The notes: generated from the sequence alone by a model not told the origin. 64,000 nucleotides of DNA from Nitrospinaceae bacterium (GCA_029261535.1 JAJDBF010000079.1:577-64576); one strand, 5' to 3'. Counted from the stretch's first letter, positions 44,795 to 54,358 are shown. Translations and numbers: made by a program.

Positions 44795-45110
44795 AACGGG
44801 GACCTCGCGGTCGGCAAACAAAACAACCATAGCATGTCATTCTGATCGAAACGCAGTGGAGAGAAGAATCTCGCCTTGGACCTTGGTTTTAGAGTTATGC
44901 AAAGCTCTCCTTTAAAAGGGAGCTGGTGGGATTTAGAAAACGTGAATTAATCAGGCGATGGATTTCTGAAACAGTTTTGACGCAGACAGAGCGTAACAAT
45001 CACCCTGCTCTTTGCTGGCTGTGCGCCAGCACCTTTGCGTCCCTCTTTAAAAAGAGGGAATATCAAAACGCATTGTAGCTTATTTTCAATTAGCCGACCG
45101 CAAGGTCCGC
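44795..45110. repeat. Mosaic REP-like intergenic repeat, locus 3 (composite of the modules seen at loci 1 and 2)
   Basis: It contains ACCTCGCGGTC (44801-44811), the ATGTCATTCTGA...GAAGAATCTCGCCTTGGA...AGTTATGCAAAG module (44833-44903), GGCTGTGCGCCAGCACCT (45017-45034) and TAGCCGACCGCAAGGTCC (45091-45108). Confidence 0.8.
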
Positions 45111-45148
45111 AAGCACAAAATTAAAAGCAAAGGCGAATAAAATCTACC

Positions 45149-45871
45149 ATGTCTCTTTTCACTCCACCGCGAAATTTCAGAGAAGAACTGCTTGACCTCG
45201 ATCAGGCTTCGTTTGAAGAAGTCAAAGACAGTCTCAAGGATGTTCAGACGGTTAACGAATATTTAAGTGGTTATCGGGTGCTTCTGCATCACATCGGAAC
45301 ATTTTTTAAGGCCAAGGCAGATAAGTCTCCTCTCACTATTCTGGATGCGGCAACGGGGTCCGCCGATCAACCCCGGGCCGTACTGAAACTTGCGCGTCAA
45401 AACAACTGGCCGGTCAAGGTTGTTGCGCTGGATATCAATCGTAAAATGTTGCGCTTTGCCAGAGAAGAAACAGCCGACTTTCCAGAGGTCAGTTTTGTCC
45501 AGGGAGATATCCTCAATCTTCCTTTCCGTGATAACAGTTTCGATGTTGTCATCAACAATTTGTCGCTACATCATTTCGAGCGGCATCACGCGGTAACAAT
45601 GATGCAGGAGTTTTCAAGGCTCAGCAGGTTGGGTTTCATCATCAATGATCTGCATCGCAGTCGGGTGGCGCATACTGCTATCTGGATATTGACCCGGCTA
45701 CTCACCAGAAATCGCCTGACCCGATACGATGCGCCGGTGTCTGTTTATAACGCCTTCACGCCGGATGAGTTGAAAGAGATGGTCCGTGAAGCCGGACTTT
45801 CCGATACCTCGGTGCATCGGCATTTCCCTTACCGGCTGGCGTTGGTTCAAAAAAAATCCGCTCTGAAGTAA
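45149..45871 (+). CDS. Class I SAM-dependent methyltransferase
   Basis: Motif I ILDAATGSAD, then VVALDIN, and the post-II region FVQGDILNLPFRDNSFDVVINNLSLHHF. Confidence 0.8.
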   Translation: MSLFTPPRNFREELLDLDQASFEEVKDSLKDVQTVNEYLSGYRVLLHHIGTFFKAKADKSPLTILDAATGSADQPRAVLKLARQNNWPVKVVALDINRKMLRFAREETADFPEVSFVQGDILNLPFRDNSFDVVINNLSLHHFERHHAVTMMQEFSRLSRLGFIINDLHRSRVAHTAIWILTRLLTRNRLTRYDAPVSVYNAFTPDELKEMVREAGLSDTSVHRHFPYRLALVQKKSALK

Positions 45872-45892
45872 TCCCGTGGTTTAATTAACATT

Positions 45893-47206
45893 ATGAAATC
45901 AACTGATGTCATCGTCATTGGCGGTGGGCCTGCGGGTTGCGCCTCTGCAATTCTTCTCGCGGAAAGTGGGAAGCGCGTTGTCCTGTTTGATCGAGCCCGG
46001 TTTCCGCGCGACAAGGTCTGCGGAGAATTTATCAGTCCTGCGGCAGACGACCTGTTGACCGAGTTGAACGTGCTAACTCAAATTGAATCCTGTTCACCCT
46101 TGAGACTGGGGGGAGTTGCGATTTCCGCTTATGGCGGACCGGAAGTGCTTTGTCCTTATCCGGCGCAGGCCGGATGCCGTGAGCCTGTCACGAGTTTGTC
46201 TTTTGAGCGTTTGCAACTCGATCAAATTTTTATTGACCGGGCAAAAGCGGTGGGCGTTGAGGTGATGGAAGAGCATCATGTGTATGACCTGACCCTTGAA
46301 AATGGGCAGGTGACGGGAGTGAAAGTACGCGACCCGGAGAAACATGAATTTGAAATGGAGGCCCCGTTGGTGATCGATGCTGGCGGAAGGAACGCTATTT
46401 CTCTTCGCAAATTCAAGCTCCGGAAAGATGAAAAGGGAAACCACAAGATTGCCCTGGCGGCGCATTGGCAGGAGGCCAGGTTTGCGCAGAAATTTTGCTA
46501 CATGCATATCAGCCGACCCGGATACAGCGGTATGTCACCAACGGCTGGCGGCGGGGCCAATGTAGTGCTGGTTGTCGATCATCGCGTCATAAAGGGAAAA
46601 AACCTGGATGAGGCTTATCGCGATATTTTAATGTCGAATGCACGCAGACGAAAATTTCTTAAAGATGCCCGGCCTCGTGAAAAAGTTAGAGCGATTGACT
46701 CCCTCGCATTTCGTGTGGAACCCCTGCCGGTGGGTGGGTTGATGCTGGTGGGGGATGCGATGGGGTTCATCGATCCGTTTACAGGGGAGGGGATTTACCT
46801 GGCACTAAGATCGGCCCGGCTGGCGGTCGACTCCGCTCTCAAGGCGTTCACACTTGGCGATTTTACCCGTCGGGTTCTCGCAGAGTATGAAGATCGAAGG
46901 CATCGCGAATTTAATAAAAAGTTTATTCTGTGTCGGGCGTTGCAGTTTCTGATTGCCAACCGGTTTCTTTGCAAAAAAACCGTTTCTTTGCTGGAAAGGC
47001 GTCGGGATCTGGCGGATGCCCTGGTCGGGGTGATTGGCGATTACCTGCCTCCCGGCAAAGTGGTGTCGTCTGCCTTTTTAATCAAGCTGGTGATGGGTTT
47101 TTTTGATGCAGAAGGGAAAGGAATGCTAAGCGAAGGGTGCGGACAAAATAGAACGCCGGAGCTCAAGCAAACTCCAGCGTCCACAGATATCCAGGAACTC
47201 GAATAG
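45893..47206 (+). CDS. FAD-dependent oxidoreductase of the geranylgeranyl-reductase family
   Basis: DVIVIGGGPAGCASA dinucleotide fold, RFPRDKVCGEFIS, and the later GDAMGFIDPFTGEGI motif. Confidence 0.75.
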   Translation: MKSTDVIVIGGGPAGCASAILLAESGKRVVLFDRARFPRDKVCGEFISPAADDLLTELNVLTQIESCSPLRLGGVAISAYGGPEVLCPYPAQAGCREPVTSLSFERLQLDQIFIDRAKAVGVEVMEEHHVYDLTLENGQVTGVKVRDPEKHEFEMEAPLVIDAGGRNAISLRKFKLRKDEKGNHKIALAAHWQEARFAQKFCYMHISRPGYSGMSPTAGGGANVVLVVDHRVIKGKNLDEAYRDILMSNARRRKFLKDARPREKVRAIDSLAFRVEPLPVGGLMLVGDAMGFIDPFTGEGIYLALRSARLAVDSALKAFTLGDFTRRVLAEYEDRRHREFNKKFILCRALQFLIANRFLCKKTVSLLERRRDLADALVGVIGDYLPPGKVVSSAFLIKLVMGFFDAEGKGMLSEGCGQNRTPELKQTPASTDIQELE

Positions 47207-47245
47207 CGGTTCCTGGACAGATACGAAGCGTGACACTAACGCAAT

Positions 47246-47268
47246 GCTCTCCTGCCGGAGGGCTTTTT
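47246..47268 (+). terminator. Rho-independent terminator
   Basis: GCTCTCC / GGAGGGC stem (one G-U pair) with a TGCC loop, followed by TTTTT. Confidence 0.55.
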
Positions 47269-47282
47269 CTACAGTAGTGCTC

Positions 47283-47510
47283 TTAATGCAGATTACTTTG
47301 ATACTGGTTTAAGATTTCACCCAGCCGATCTTTAGCCTTCAACTTTTGTTTTTGAATAGTTTTCTTTTCCACTTCCTGTTCGGGTGAGAGGAATTTCATT
47401 TCGTTCAGTTCTTCAACCCGGTGTTTAAGTTTGGTGTGTTCGTCATATAATTCTTTGAACTCATGATTTTCGCCTGAGATTTTTTCCAGTAATCCAGTTT
47501 CAATTTCCAT
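47283..47510 (-). CDS. DUF465/YdcH-like coiled-coil small protein
   Basis: The HEFKELYDEHTKLKHRVEEL...EVEKKTIQKQKLKAKDRL pattern. I start at the second ATG (47510) because AAGGAG lies 6 nt upstream of it. Confidence 0.6.
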   Translation of the reverse strand: MEIETGLLEKISGENHEFKELYDEHTKLKHRVEELNEMKFLSPEQEVEKKTIQKQKLKAKDRLGEILNQYQSNLH

Positions 47511-47577
47511 TCTGTTCTCCTTCATATAAAAAACATTAAATCTGATTCCATGTAAGAGGTTGCGTGATGAAGCGATT

Positions 47578-48264
47578 TCAGTTTCCTTTATAGTTGACCT
47601 CGGCTTCAGGTTTTCTGAGGTATTGCAAGTTCAGGTTGTCCAGATCAAAACCTGATTCCCTCTCGAAATTATTAGAAGCGATTCGCCCTGCCACGCCAGC
47701 GACTGTCGGGGTTGATAGCGGAGTTGAAGGCAGGAAGCGGTCTCCCAGGTGTTCGAAAAAAAAGTCGCGGTACGGATCGACACCCGTGCCGATGAATTCT
47801 GTCGGTTGGTCAATACGTTTCAATACTTCACCGGGATGAAGAACTTCTTCGGAACCCAATAGAAATAGCCCATCCTCGGATTTTTGAAAGAGAGCATAAT
47901 ACACTTCTCCCTTCCTCGCGTCCAGCAAAGAACAGACGCGCCCGGATGAGCCCACCGAAAGGTGAGCCCAGGCCTTGAGAGATGAGATACCCAGCACTGG
48001 TTTTTCCGTGGCAAGAACAAATCCCTTGACCAGACTCAGCCCGACTCTTAACCCAGTGAACGATCCGGGGCCAAGGGTCAAAACATAGCCCGAAATATCT
48101 GCAAATGAAGTTCTCGTGTCGGACAGAACGCTATCCACCATAGACAGAATCGGGTTCGGTTCCGGTGGGTGATGTTGCTGGGATTGCTCTGACAGGATTT
48201 GTTGCTGATCAAGGAGGGCAACGCTCAGGAGCGGCGTGGAACTGTCAATCGACAATAATTTCAT
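47578..48264 (-). CDS. tsaB: tRNA t6A37 biosynthesis protein TsaB (YeaZ)
   Basis: MKLLSIDSSTPLLSVALL at the N-terminus and GPGSFTGLRVGLSLVKG. Confidence 0.85.
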   Translation of the reverse strand: MKLLSIDSSTPLLSVALLDQQQILSEQSQQHHPPEPNPILSMVDSVLSDTRTSFADISGYVLTLGPGSFTGLRVGLSLVKGFVLATEKPVLGISSLKAWAHLSVGSSGRVCSLLDARKGEVYYALFQKSEDGLFLLGSEEVLHPGEVLKRIDQPTEFIGTGVDPYRDFFFEHLGDRFLPSTPLSTPTVAGVAGRIASNNFERESGFDLDNLNLQYLRKPEAEVNYKGN

Positions 48265-48451
48265 GTCGCAGTTCCTGGTTGTTTTGATAAATTCTCAGGG
48301 ACAAGGTCATCACCGCCCTAATTGAGGAGAAGTATTGATTTTACCTAAAATAAAAATAGGGTATTGACGGGAAAATGTCAAACCAGGAGAGTTTTGTAGG
48401 AAATTTCCGGACAGGCCTAACTTACTCATTGAATTTATTGAACTTATTTGC

Positions 48452-48480
48452 TTGACAAATTACCGGTCCGGGATTATTTT
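48452..48480 (+). promoter_or_regulatory. Candidate sigma70-type promoter for the small-protein gene
   Basis: TTGACA (48452-48457), a 17-nt spacer, then TATTTT (48475-48480). This would give a ~115-nt leader. Confidence 0.4.
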
Positions 48481-48600
48481 TACTGTGGGTATTAGGTAAG
48501 AGAACTCTAAGAGTTTGAATTAACTGGTTGTACAAGAAAAGAACCGAATTTTGGTAGAACTTTGATCGCAATCGACCCAAAAAGGGGATGAGGAGGCCAC

Positions 48601-48810
48601 ATGTTCTATGAAGTCAGGGTTTTGGGCAAGACCGGTGATATAAAAAAAGTAATCTCTTCCAAAAAGCTCAGCAAGAAATTTTGGGATCAGCACACCCAGC
48701 CACAGGAGTTTTCTGGCAAGCAAAATTATGAGGAAGCGGAACCTGAGCCAGAGTGGAAGCCGGAGGTTTCTGCCGGTAAGGTGGAATTGCACAATGAGGT
48801 TTATGAGTGA
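48601..48810 (+). CDS. Small protein (69 aa), paralog of the 28556..28729 product
   Basis: GAGGAGG lies 5 nt upstream of the ATG. The N-terminus MFYEVRVLGKTGDIKKVISSKKLSKK matches the other copy. Acidic C-terminal half, with its own terminator. Confidence 0.65.
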   Translation: MFYEVRVLGKTGDIKKVISSKKLSKKFWDQHTQPQEFSGKQNYEEAEPEPEWKPEVSAGKVELHNEVYE

Positions 48811-48829
48811 GTAAAATCAGATCACCGAA

Positions 48830-48862
48830 GCCGTCTCCCTTTAAGGGGGGCGGCTTTTTTTT
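48830..48862 (+). terminator. Rho-independent terminator
   Basis: GCCGTCTCCC / GGGGGGCGGC stem (two G-U pairs) with a TTTAA loop, followed by an 8-nt T run. Confidence 0.8.
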
Positions 48863-49058
48863 ATTTGTTTTTGCCGTGCCCCGTTTTAGTGCTCTATTTA
48901 TTGTAGAATGACAAGCTCATTTATTGAGAATGATTCAAGCTTCTGGATTTTATGCAGAGGCCATAATAATTTTTATCAGGCAATGTTTCCCCCTGGTCTG
49001 CCCACTGCGCAAATTTTTGGCAGACACCAGGTGGGCAAATGATTAGAGGTTTTCTTTT

Positions 49059-50240
49059 ATGTACATCACCACCCCGGAACAACTGGTTGAATTTTGTGAA
49101 AAGCTGGGCCATCCAGAAATGATGGCAATCGATACGGAGTTTGTCCGGGAAAAAACTTACTACCATCGGTTGGGCCTTGTGCAGGTTGGAGCCAATAATC
49201 ACTATGCCGCTATCGACCCTATATCGATTCCCGATTTAAAACCCCTGCTCGACCTGATCGCCGACCCGAGTATCCTTAAAGTGTTTCATGCCGGGAAGCA
49301 GGACCTTGAAATTCTTTACAACCTGTTAGGGACAGCGGTTAGTCCTATCTTTGATACCCAGGTCGCCGCCTCCCTGCTTGGCTGGGGTGGGCAGATTTCG
49401 TTTGCCAAAGTAGTTAAGCGGGTTGTCGGTAAGACCATTCATAAAACAGAAACATATTCGGACTGGTGTCGGCGCCCCTTGAGCAAGAGTCAGATCGATT
49501 ATGCCATTGATGATGTGCGCTACCTGGTGCCGGTCTATGAGCACCTGATTAAAGCACTCACCAAAATGGGTCGTCTGGATTGGTTGGACGAAGAGTTTCT
49601 GCCATTGACGGACCCGAAGAATTTCACGCCTGCAAAACCCGAACGCCAGTTTATGAGGATAAAAAATTTCCGCACTCTCAAACCGCGAAACCTGGCTGTG
49701 TTGTGCGAACTTGCGATGTGGCGGGAGCAGGAAGCCATGCGCCGCGACTGTCTCGCAAAATTTATCGTTCGCGATGAACCTCTTCTTGAAATGGCGAGAA
49801 AGACTCCGAAGGAAGTCAGCGCACTCGAATTGATTCGTGGAATCCACATCAAGGAAATAAAAAACAACGGAAAGAAAATACTGAATGCCATTGAGCGCGG
49901 TTTGAATATGCCTGAAGAAGATATTCCGCAAATTCCGGAATCAAACAGTTATTCCACGCGCCGGGGCGTTGAGGAACTGCTGGTGGCTTACGTTCAGGTC
50001 AGATCGGAGGATTTGAAAATAGAGCCGCACGTTCTCGCAGACAGAAAGCAGATTCACGACTTTGTAAAACGTCATGAACTGAACGAGAGTCTTGAAGGAC
50101 ATTCCCTGATGACCGGCTGGCGCAACGGGTTAATCGGCGGAGAATTACACGACATGCTGATTGGCAAGGCGGGACTTTCGATCAACGATCAGGGGCGGGT
50201 CGTTCTCGTCTATGGCGGCACCGAACCCTCTTCCACCTGA
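49059..50240 (+). CDS. rnd: Ribonuclease D
   Basis: DEDD 3'-5' exonuclease motifs (AIDTEF, FHAGKQDLEIL, YAIDDVRYL) followed by an HRDC-like region. Confidence 0.85.
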   Translation: MYITTPEQLVEFCEKLGHPEMMAIDTEFVREKTYYHRLGLVQVGANNHYAAIDPISIPDLKPLLDLIADPSILKVFHAGKQDLEILYNLLGTAVSPIFDTQVAASLLGWGGQISFAKVVKRVVGKTIHKTETYSDWCRRPLSKSQIDYAIDDVRYLVPVYEHLIKALTKMGRLDWLDEEFLPLTDPKNFTPAKPERQFMRIKNFRTLKPRNLAVLCELAMWREQEAMRRDCLAKFIVRDEPLLEMARKTPKEVSALELIRGIHIKEIKNNGKKILNAIERGLNMPEEDIPQIPESNSYSTRRGVEELLVAYVQVRSEDLKIEPHVLADRKQIHDFVKRHELNESLEGHSLMTGWRNGLIGGELHDMLIGKAGLSINDQGRVVLVYGGTEPSST

Positions 50241-50279
50241 ACCCTGCTGGGTCGCACAGGCAGGTCTCTTCTTTATCTG

Positions 50280-50849
50280 CTACAGCCGCCGGGGAATTTT
50301 CGTGAAATCTGGATGATTCCTCAGAGATTCAAGATCAGGATCTTTTTCCAACCACTCCCTATTGCTATAGCCCTTGCGGATGGCTTCTGCCAACGCTTCG
50401 ATTCCCTTTTCGATATCCCCGGTCAGCGAATAATAACAGGCCAGATTGTAATGTAGCTCGGGCATGTCCGGTGCCTTCTGCTTCAACTGATCCAATATCT
50501 GCATTGCCTGGGGGAAACGCTTCTGTTGCATGAGGGCCGTGCTCATGTTGACATACACTGGCAGAAGTTGGGCCTCGTGATTCAGTGCCATCTCATATTT
50601 ATGGATGGCCTGCTCCCATTGTTCCGATTTTAAAAGCTGATTGCCTTCATTGTAATGAAAGATCGCCATCCGGCGTTGGGCATCGGGCGACTGATGATCG
50701 CCATGCGAGCCTTCCTCATGCTTGTGGTCTCCCTTGACCGCCAATTTCCCTGCGGGATCGATCGGTCCATCCACAAACGCGGCGATCAACGCAGATATTG
50801 CCAGCAGTACAAGGGCCAGGGTTGGTTTTTTTGAAAAATCGGTGCTCAT
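50280..50849 (-). CDS. TPR-repeat protein with an N-terminal membrane anchor
   Basis: Hydrophobic N-terminus (LALVLLAISALIAAF), a His-rich linker, and TPR-like repeats (YNEGNQLLKSEQWEQAIHKYEMAL, HYNLACYYSLTGDIEKGIEALAEAI). Confidence 0.7.
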   Translation of the reverse strand: MSTDFSKKPTLALVLLAISALIAAFVDGPIDPAGKLAVKGDHKHEEGSHGDHQSPDAQRRMAIFHYNEGNQLLKSEQWEQAIHKYEMALNHEAQLLPVYVNMSTALMQQKRFPQAMQILDQLKQKAPDMPELHYNLACYYSLTGDIEKGIEALAEAIRKGYSNREWLEKDPDLESLRNHPDFTKIPRRL

Positions 50850-50878
50850 TATTCAGGGGCCGGGTGAAGGTTTCCTCT

Positions 50879-52294
50879 TTAAAGAATACCGCAATCAGGA
50901 AGCAGGGTCATCAATTCATTGATAGAGCCGATCGATGTGGTTCTCTCGATTGCCGCTCCCTGAGACGAAAGATTCAAGATGGTCACGGACGGGTGGGCTT
51001 CTGCAATTTGCTCGAGGGTTCTTAAATAACTGAACAGGGCAGGGCTGGTGAACAGGTTTTGTCCCTGGCATCCGGTGACCTCAATTTTTTCATAACGCCG
51101 GGCTCGCGTGCTTTGCAATTCTCCTCCAGAGGTTTCACGGGAGATGACCGTCGCCTCATCAATTTCTTTCGGGTCTTTCCGACCGTAGACGCGCCCTCCG
51201 GGAAAGGCGCAATCCTGTCCCACCAGAAGAATCGGATCGCACCCCATCTGTATGAGGCAGTCTAACGCCAGGCAGGAAACCGAGCCGCCTGCCTGGGTCA
51301 TCCCTTTCTCGACTGCCAGGGTTTCATGGTCCCGTGTGGTTCGGTGACCCTCTTTGAACACCACATATTTTTTTCCCTGGTAGTGCTGGATAATTTTGGG
51401 ATGGGCGGTGGGTTGGAATATCAGGCAAGCCTGGCTTGCCAAATGGTTTTCAAAATGGGAAAAACTTTCTTCCTGGGGATCCACTGAAAAAACAAACTGC
51501 GGTTGAATGCCAGCGGACTCCAGAATCGGCAGGGCCGTATCCACACAACTGGCGACACAAAAAGGGGCGAGCGCGGGCAAGAAGTGCAGGAGCCCGTCGA
51601 GGGACGGACCGGCTGAGATCAACAACCCCGGTCTTTTGAGAAAACTGTTTTTTAATTGACGGATGCCCTGACTTTTGACGATGGTGCCTTGATTTATTTT
51701 AGCGTTCTGTTTTTCGAGATCACCAAACAGGGCGGGGACCTTTCGTTCCAGGCGCAGAACTTCGAAGGCCTGTAAGATATTGGGAAATTCCGGTGGCAAG
51801 CATTCGTAAGATGAAGGATGAAATAATACGATGGGAGCCTGACCACTCTCCTGTTCCAGTCGGCCCATGGCATGTGAAATGTGTTCTGCCGCAGACGGCT
51901 CGCTGTCGGCGGTGACCAGTTGAAACCGGGAATCGTGCGCCAGATGAGTCAGGTCCCTCAAGCCGAAAGCCGCTGTGAGTAAATCCGGGTTCAATTCAAT
52001 GGCGATGAGTTCACCCTCCGGCCCGATCTTTTCGAGAAGGGCTTCGATGTGATATCCCAGTCCAAAACCATAGATTCCGATATGACTGCCGGATGAAATT
52101 TTTGATGCAAAAGCTGAGGCTTCTTTCAGCGGATGGTATGCACTGTGAAGAAGAATCTCCTTGTAGCGGCCTGTCGTGATACCGGATCGGCTGGGGAACA
52201 GCTCAATAGAAGAGGATACTGTTTGCGGCAACCTTGAAAGGGTGGGCAAGGCGGTCTTGAACGCTTCAAAATTTTTCAGGAAAAAAGGATTCAT
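50879..52294 (-). CDS. DUF115 / Maf-like (MptE-like) protein
   Basis: The N-terminus NPFFLKNFEAFKTALPTL and the internal LLISAGPSLD resemble motility-accessory-factor/DUF115 proteins. The call is from memory of the family pattern. Confidence 0.45.
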   Translation of the reverse strand: MNPFFLKNFEAFKTALPTLSRLPQTVSSSIELFPSRSGITTGRYKEILLHSAYHPLKEASAFASKISSGSHIGIYGFGLGYHIEALLEKIGPEGELIAIELNPDLLTAAFGLRDLTHLAHDSRFQLVTADSEPSAAEHISHAMGRLEQESGQAPIVLFHPSSYECLPPEFPNILQAFEVLRLERKVPALFGDLEKQNAKINQGTIVKSQGIRQLKNSFLKRPGLLISAGPSLDGLLHFLPALAPFCVASCVDTALPILESAGIQPQFVFSVDPQEESFSHFENHLASQACLIFQPTAHPKIIQHYQGKKYVVFKEGHRTTRDHETLAVEKGMTQAGGSVSCLALDCLIQMGCDPILLVGQDCAFPGGRVYGRKDPKEIDEATVISRETSGGELQSTRARRYEKIEVTGCQGQNLFTSPALFSYLRTLEQIAEAHPSVTILNLSSQGAAIERTTSIGSINELMTLLPDCGIL

Positions 52295-52442
52295 CAGATG
52301 GATTCATTCCGGGCGGGATATCGCCCTATCATACCATCAAGCGGGACAACTTGAAATCGGACTCAATTGCGCTAGAATCCACAGTAATGTAGCAAGTGCA
52401 TTCAAGTTGCTCCCTTTTCCTTTCCATCCCCAGGTCACTGCC

Positions 52443-54314
52443 ATGATTCAGATTTTGCCCGAAACCCTTGCCAATCAGATCGCCGCCGGTGAGGTCGTCG
52501 ACCGTCCTGCTTCGGTGGTCAAAGAGCTGGTGGAAAACGCAGTGGACGCAGGAGCCCGGAAGATCAGGATAGAAATCGAAGGTGCGGGTAAAATTACGAT
52601 GCGCATTTCCGATAATGGTGCTGGCATGGAACCTGCGGACGCGGCTTTGGCTTTCGAGCGACATGCCACCAGCAAGGTAAGGACGGCAGATGATTTGTTC
52701 GGTATCGAAACGCTGGGGTTTCGCGGTGAAGCTTTGCCCAGCATTGCCTCCGTTTCTAGGATTCGTCTCACCACCGCAACGACAGAAGGGGGCGGTGCCG
52801 GAACCGAAGTGGTGATTGAGGGAGGCGGGCACCCTGTCATTCGGGAAATGGCTCACTCACCTGGAACCGTAGTCGAAGTATCCGACCTGTTTTACAATAC
52901 GCCTGCCCGTAAAAAATTTTTGAAGGCTGACTCGGCAGAAACGCGGAGCATCACCCAGGTGATCACCCAGCAGGCCCTGGCCTGGCCCGAAATTGCATTT
53001 CAATTTGTTAACGGCGGACGCAAGGTGATCGATGTGTTGTCAACCGATCAACCCCTGTACCGTATCGCAGAACTGTTCGGTGCCGACATGACCCGTGAAC
53101 TGATCTCGGTCGATCAAAAAGAAGGATCGCTTCACGTTACCGGATTTGTCTCAAGCCCGGTGTTTACCCGGTCCAACCGCAATGCCCAGTACTGCTTCAT
53201 CAATTCCCGTTTTGTAAAAGACAAAGTGATCCTCAGTGCGACCCAACTGGGGTACAGTCATTTGTTGCCGCGTGGACAACATCCGGCGATCTTCCTGTTT
53301 CTTTCGATGGATCCGAAAGAACTGGATGTCAATGTTCACCCGGCGAAAGCAGAAGTCCGGTTTGCGCATCAGCAGGAGGTTCACCTGTTCATCATGCGGG
53401 CCGTGAAAAATGCCCTGCGCGAAAATTTTAAACCCGATCCAATGTCCGCTGACCAGAATAATTTTGCCGCCGGCACGGTAGAGAATGGGCGGCAGGAATA
53501 TGAACAGCCCACCGTTGCGCCGGGAAAATTTCCGTCTTCGCCACCCCAGCCTTCTATAGAGTCCGCAAGCTCTCAGACTGCGGGTGCGGAGTGTCCCTCG
53601 TCTTTGTTTGAAACTGGCAACTGGCAGAAAATTTCTGGCGGTGCTGAAGAAATAAAAAGTGGGGGACAATGGGGGGAGTCACCAACTCCTGTTCACCTGT
53701 TCGATTCCGCTCCGCGACCGGTGTCGGATCTGATTTATGCTGACTTTGAGCCTATCGGTCAGTTGAACAATTCGTTCATTATCATGCAGGGGCCGCGGGG
53801 AATTCTGGTGGTCGATCAGCACATCGCCCATGAAAGGGTATTGTACGAAAGGTTTCGTGCGTCTGCCAGTCGCAAGAGTGTGGAAGTGCAGGGGTTGATG
53901 TTTCCTCTGGCGGTCGAGTTTTCACCAGCCGAGGCGGCGGTGGTAACGGAACATCTTGACTGGCTAAAGGAAATGGGATTGGAAATGGAAGCACTGGGAG
54001 CGCAAGGGTTTATCCTGCGTTCCGTTCCGGCAATTCTAAAAAATCAGGACCACGAGGACGTGCTGAGAAATATTGCGCGGACTCTTGGTGGCGGCCAGGC
54101 GGGCGATCCCTTGCAGACAAAATTCGACGAGGTGCAGATTATGATGGCGTGTCGACAGGCGATCAAGATCAATCATCCATTGAATCTGCCGCAGATTAAA
54201 AAGCTGATTTATGATCTCGAACAAACGGAAATGCCGTTCACTTGCCCCCACGGACGACCGATTGCACTGTTATATGATATGGATATGATTCTAAGGAAAT
54301 TTCATCGGAAGTGA
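52443..54314 (+). CDS. mutL: DNA mismatch repair protein MutL
   Basis: MIQILPETLANQIAAGEVVDRPASVVKELVENAVDAG at the N-terminus, and a C-terminal FTCPHGRP motif. The ORF-track start at 52176 adds 89 non-homologous residues that overlap the divergent gene. Confidence 0.92.
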   Translation: MIQILPETLANQIAAGEVVDRPASVVKELVENAVDAGARKIRIEIEGAGKITMRISDNGAGMEPADAALAFERHATSKVRTADDLFGIETLGFRGEALPSIASVSRIRLTTATTEGGGAGTEVVIEGGGHPVIREMAHSPGTVVEVSDLFYNTPARKKFLKADSAETRSITQVITQQALAWPEIAFQFVNGGRKVIDVLSTDQPLYRIAELFGADMTRELISVDQKEGSLHVTGFVSSPVFTRSNRNAQYCFINSRFVKDKVILSATQLGYSHLLPRGQHPAIFLFLSMDPKELDVNVHPAKAEVRFAHQQEVHLFIMRAVKNALRENFKPDPMSADQNNFAAGTVENGRQEYEQPTVAPGKFPSSPPQPSIESASSQTAGAECPSSLFETGNWQKISGGAEEIKSGGQWGESPTPVHLFDSAPRPVSDLIYADFEPIGQLNNSFIIMQGPRGILVVDQHIAHERVLYERFRASASRKSVEVQGLMFPLAVEFSPAEAAVVTEHLDWLKEMGLEMEALGAQGFILRSVPAILKNQDHEDVLRNIARTLGGGQAGDPLQTKFDEVQIMMACRQAIKINHPLNLPQIKKLIYDLEQTEMPFTCPHGRPIALLYDMDMILRKFHRK

Positions 54315-54358
54315 ATTCGAATCGGGCAGGATCTTTTCAGACGGGCACATCAACTATT

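Noticed and set aside
52176-52442. The 89-aa N-terminal extension of mutL in the ORF track.
   Set aside because: MutL homologues start with MIQILPE...NQIAAGEVV. The extension overlaps the divergent DUF115-like gene and has no homology-like features.
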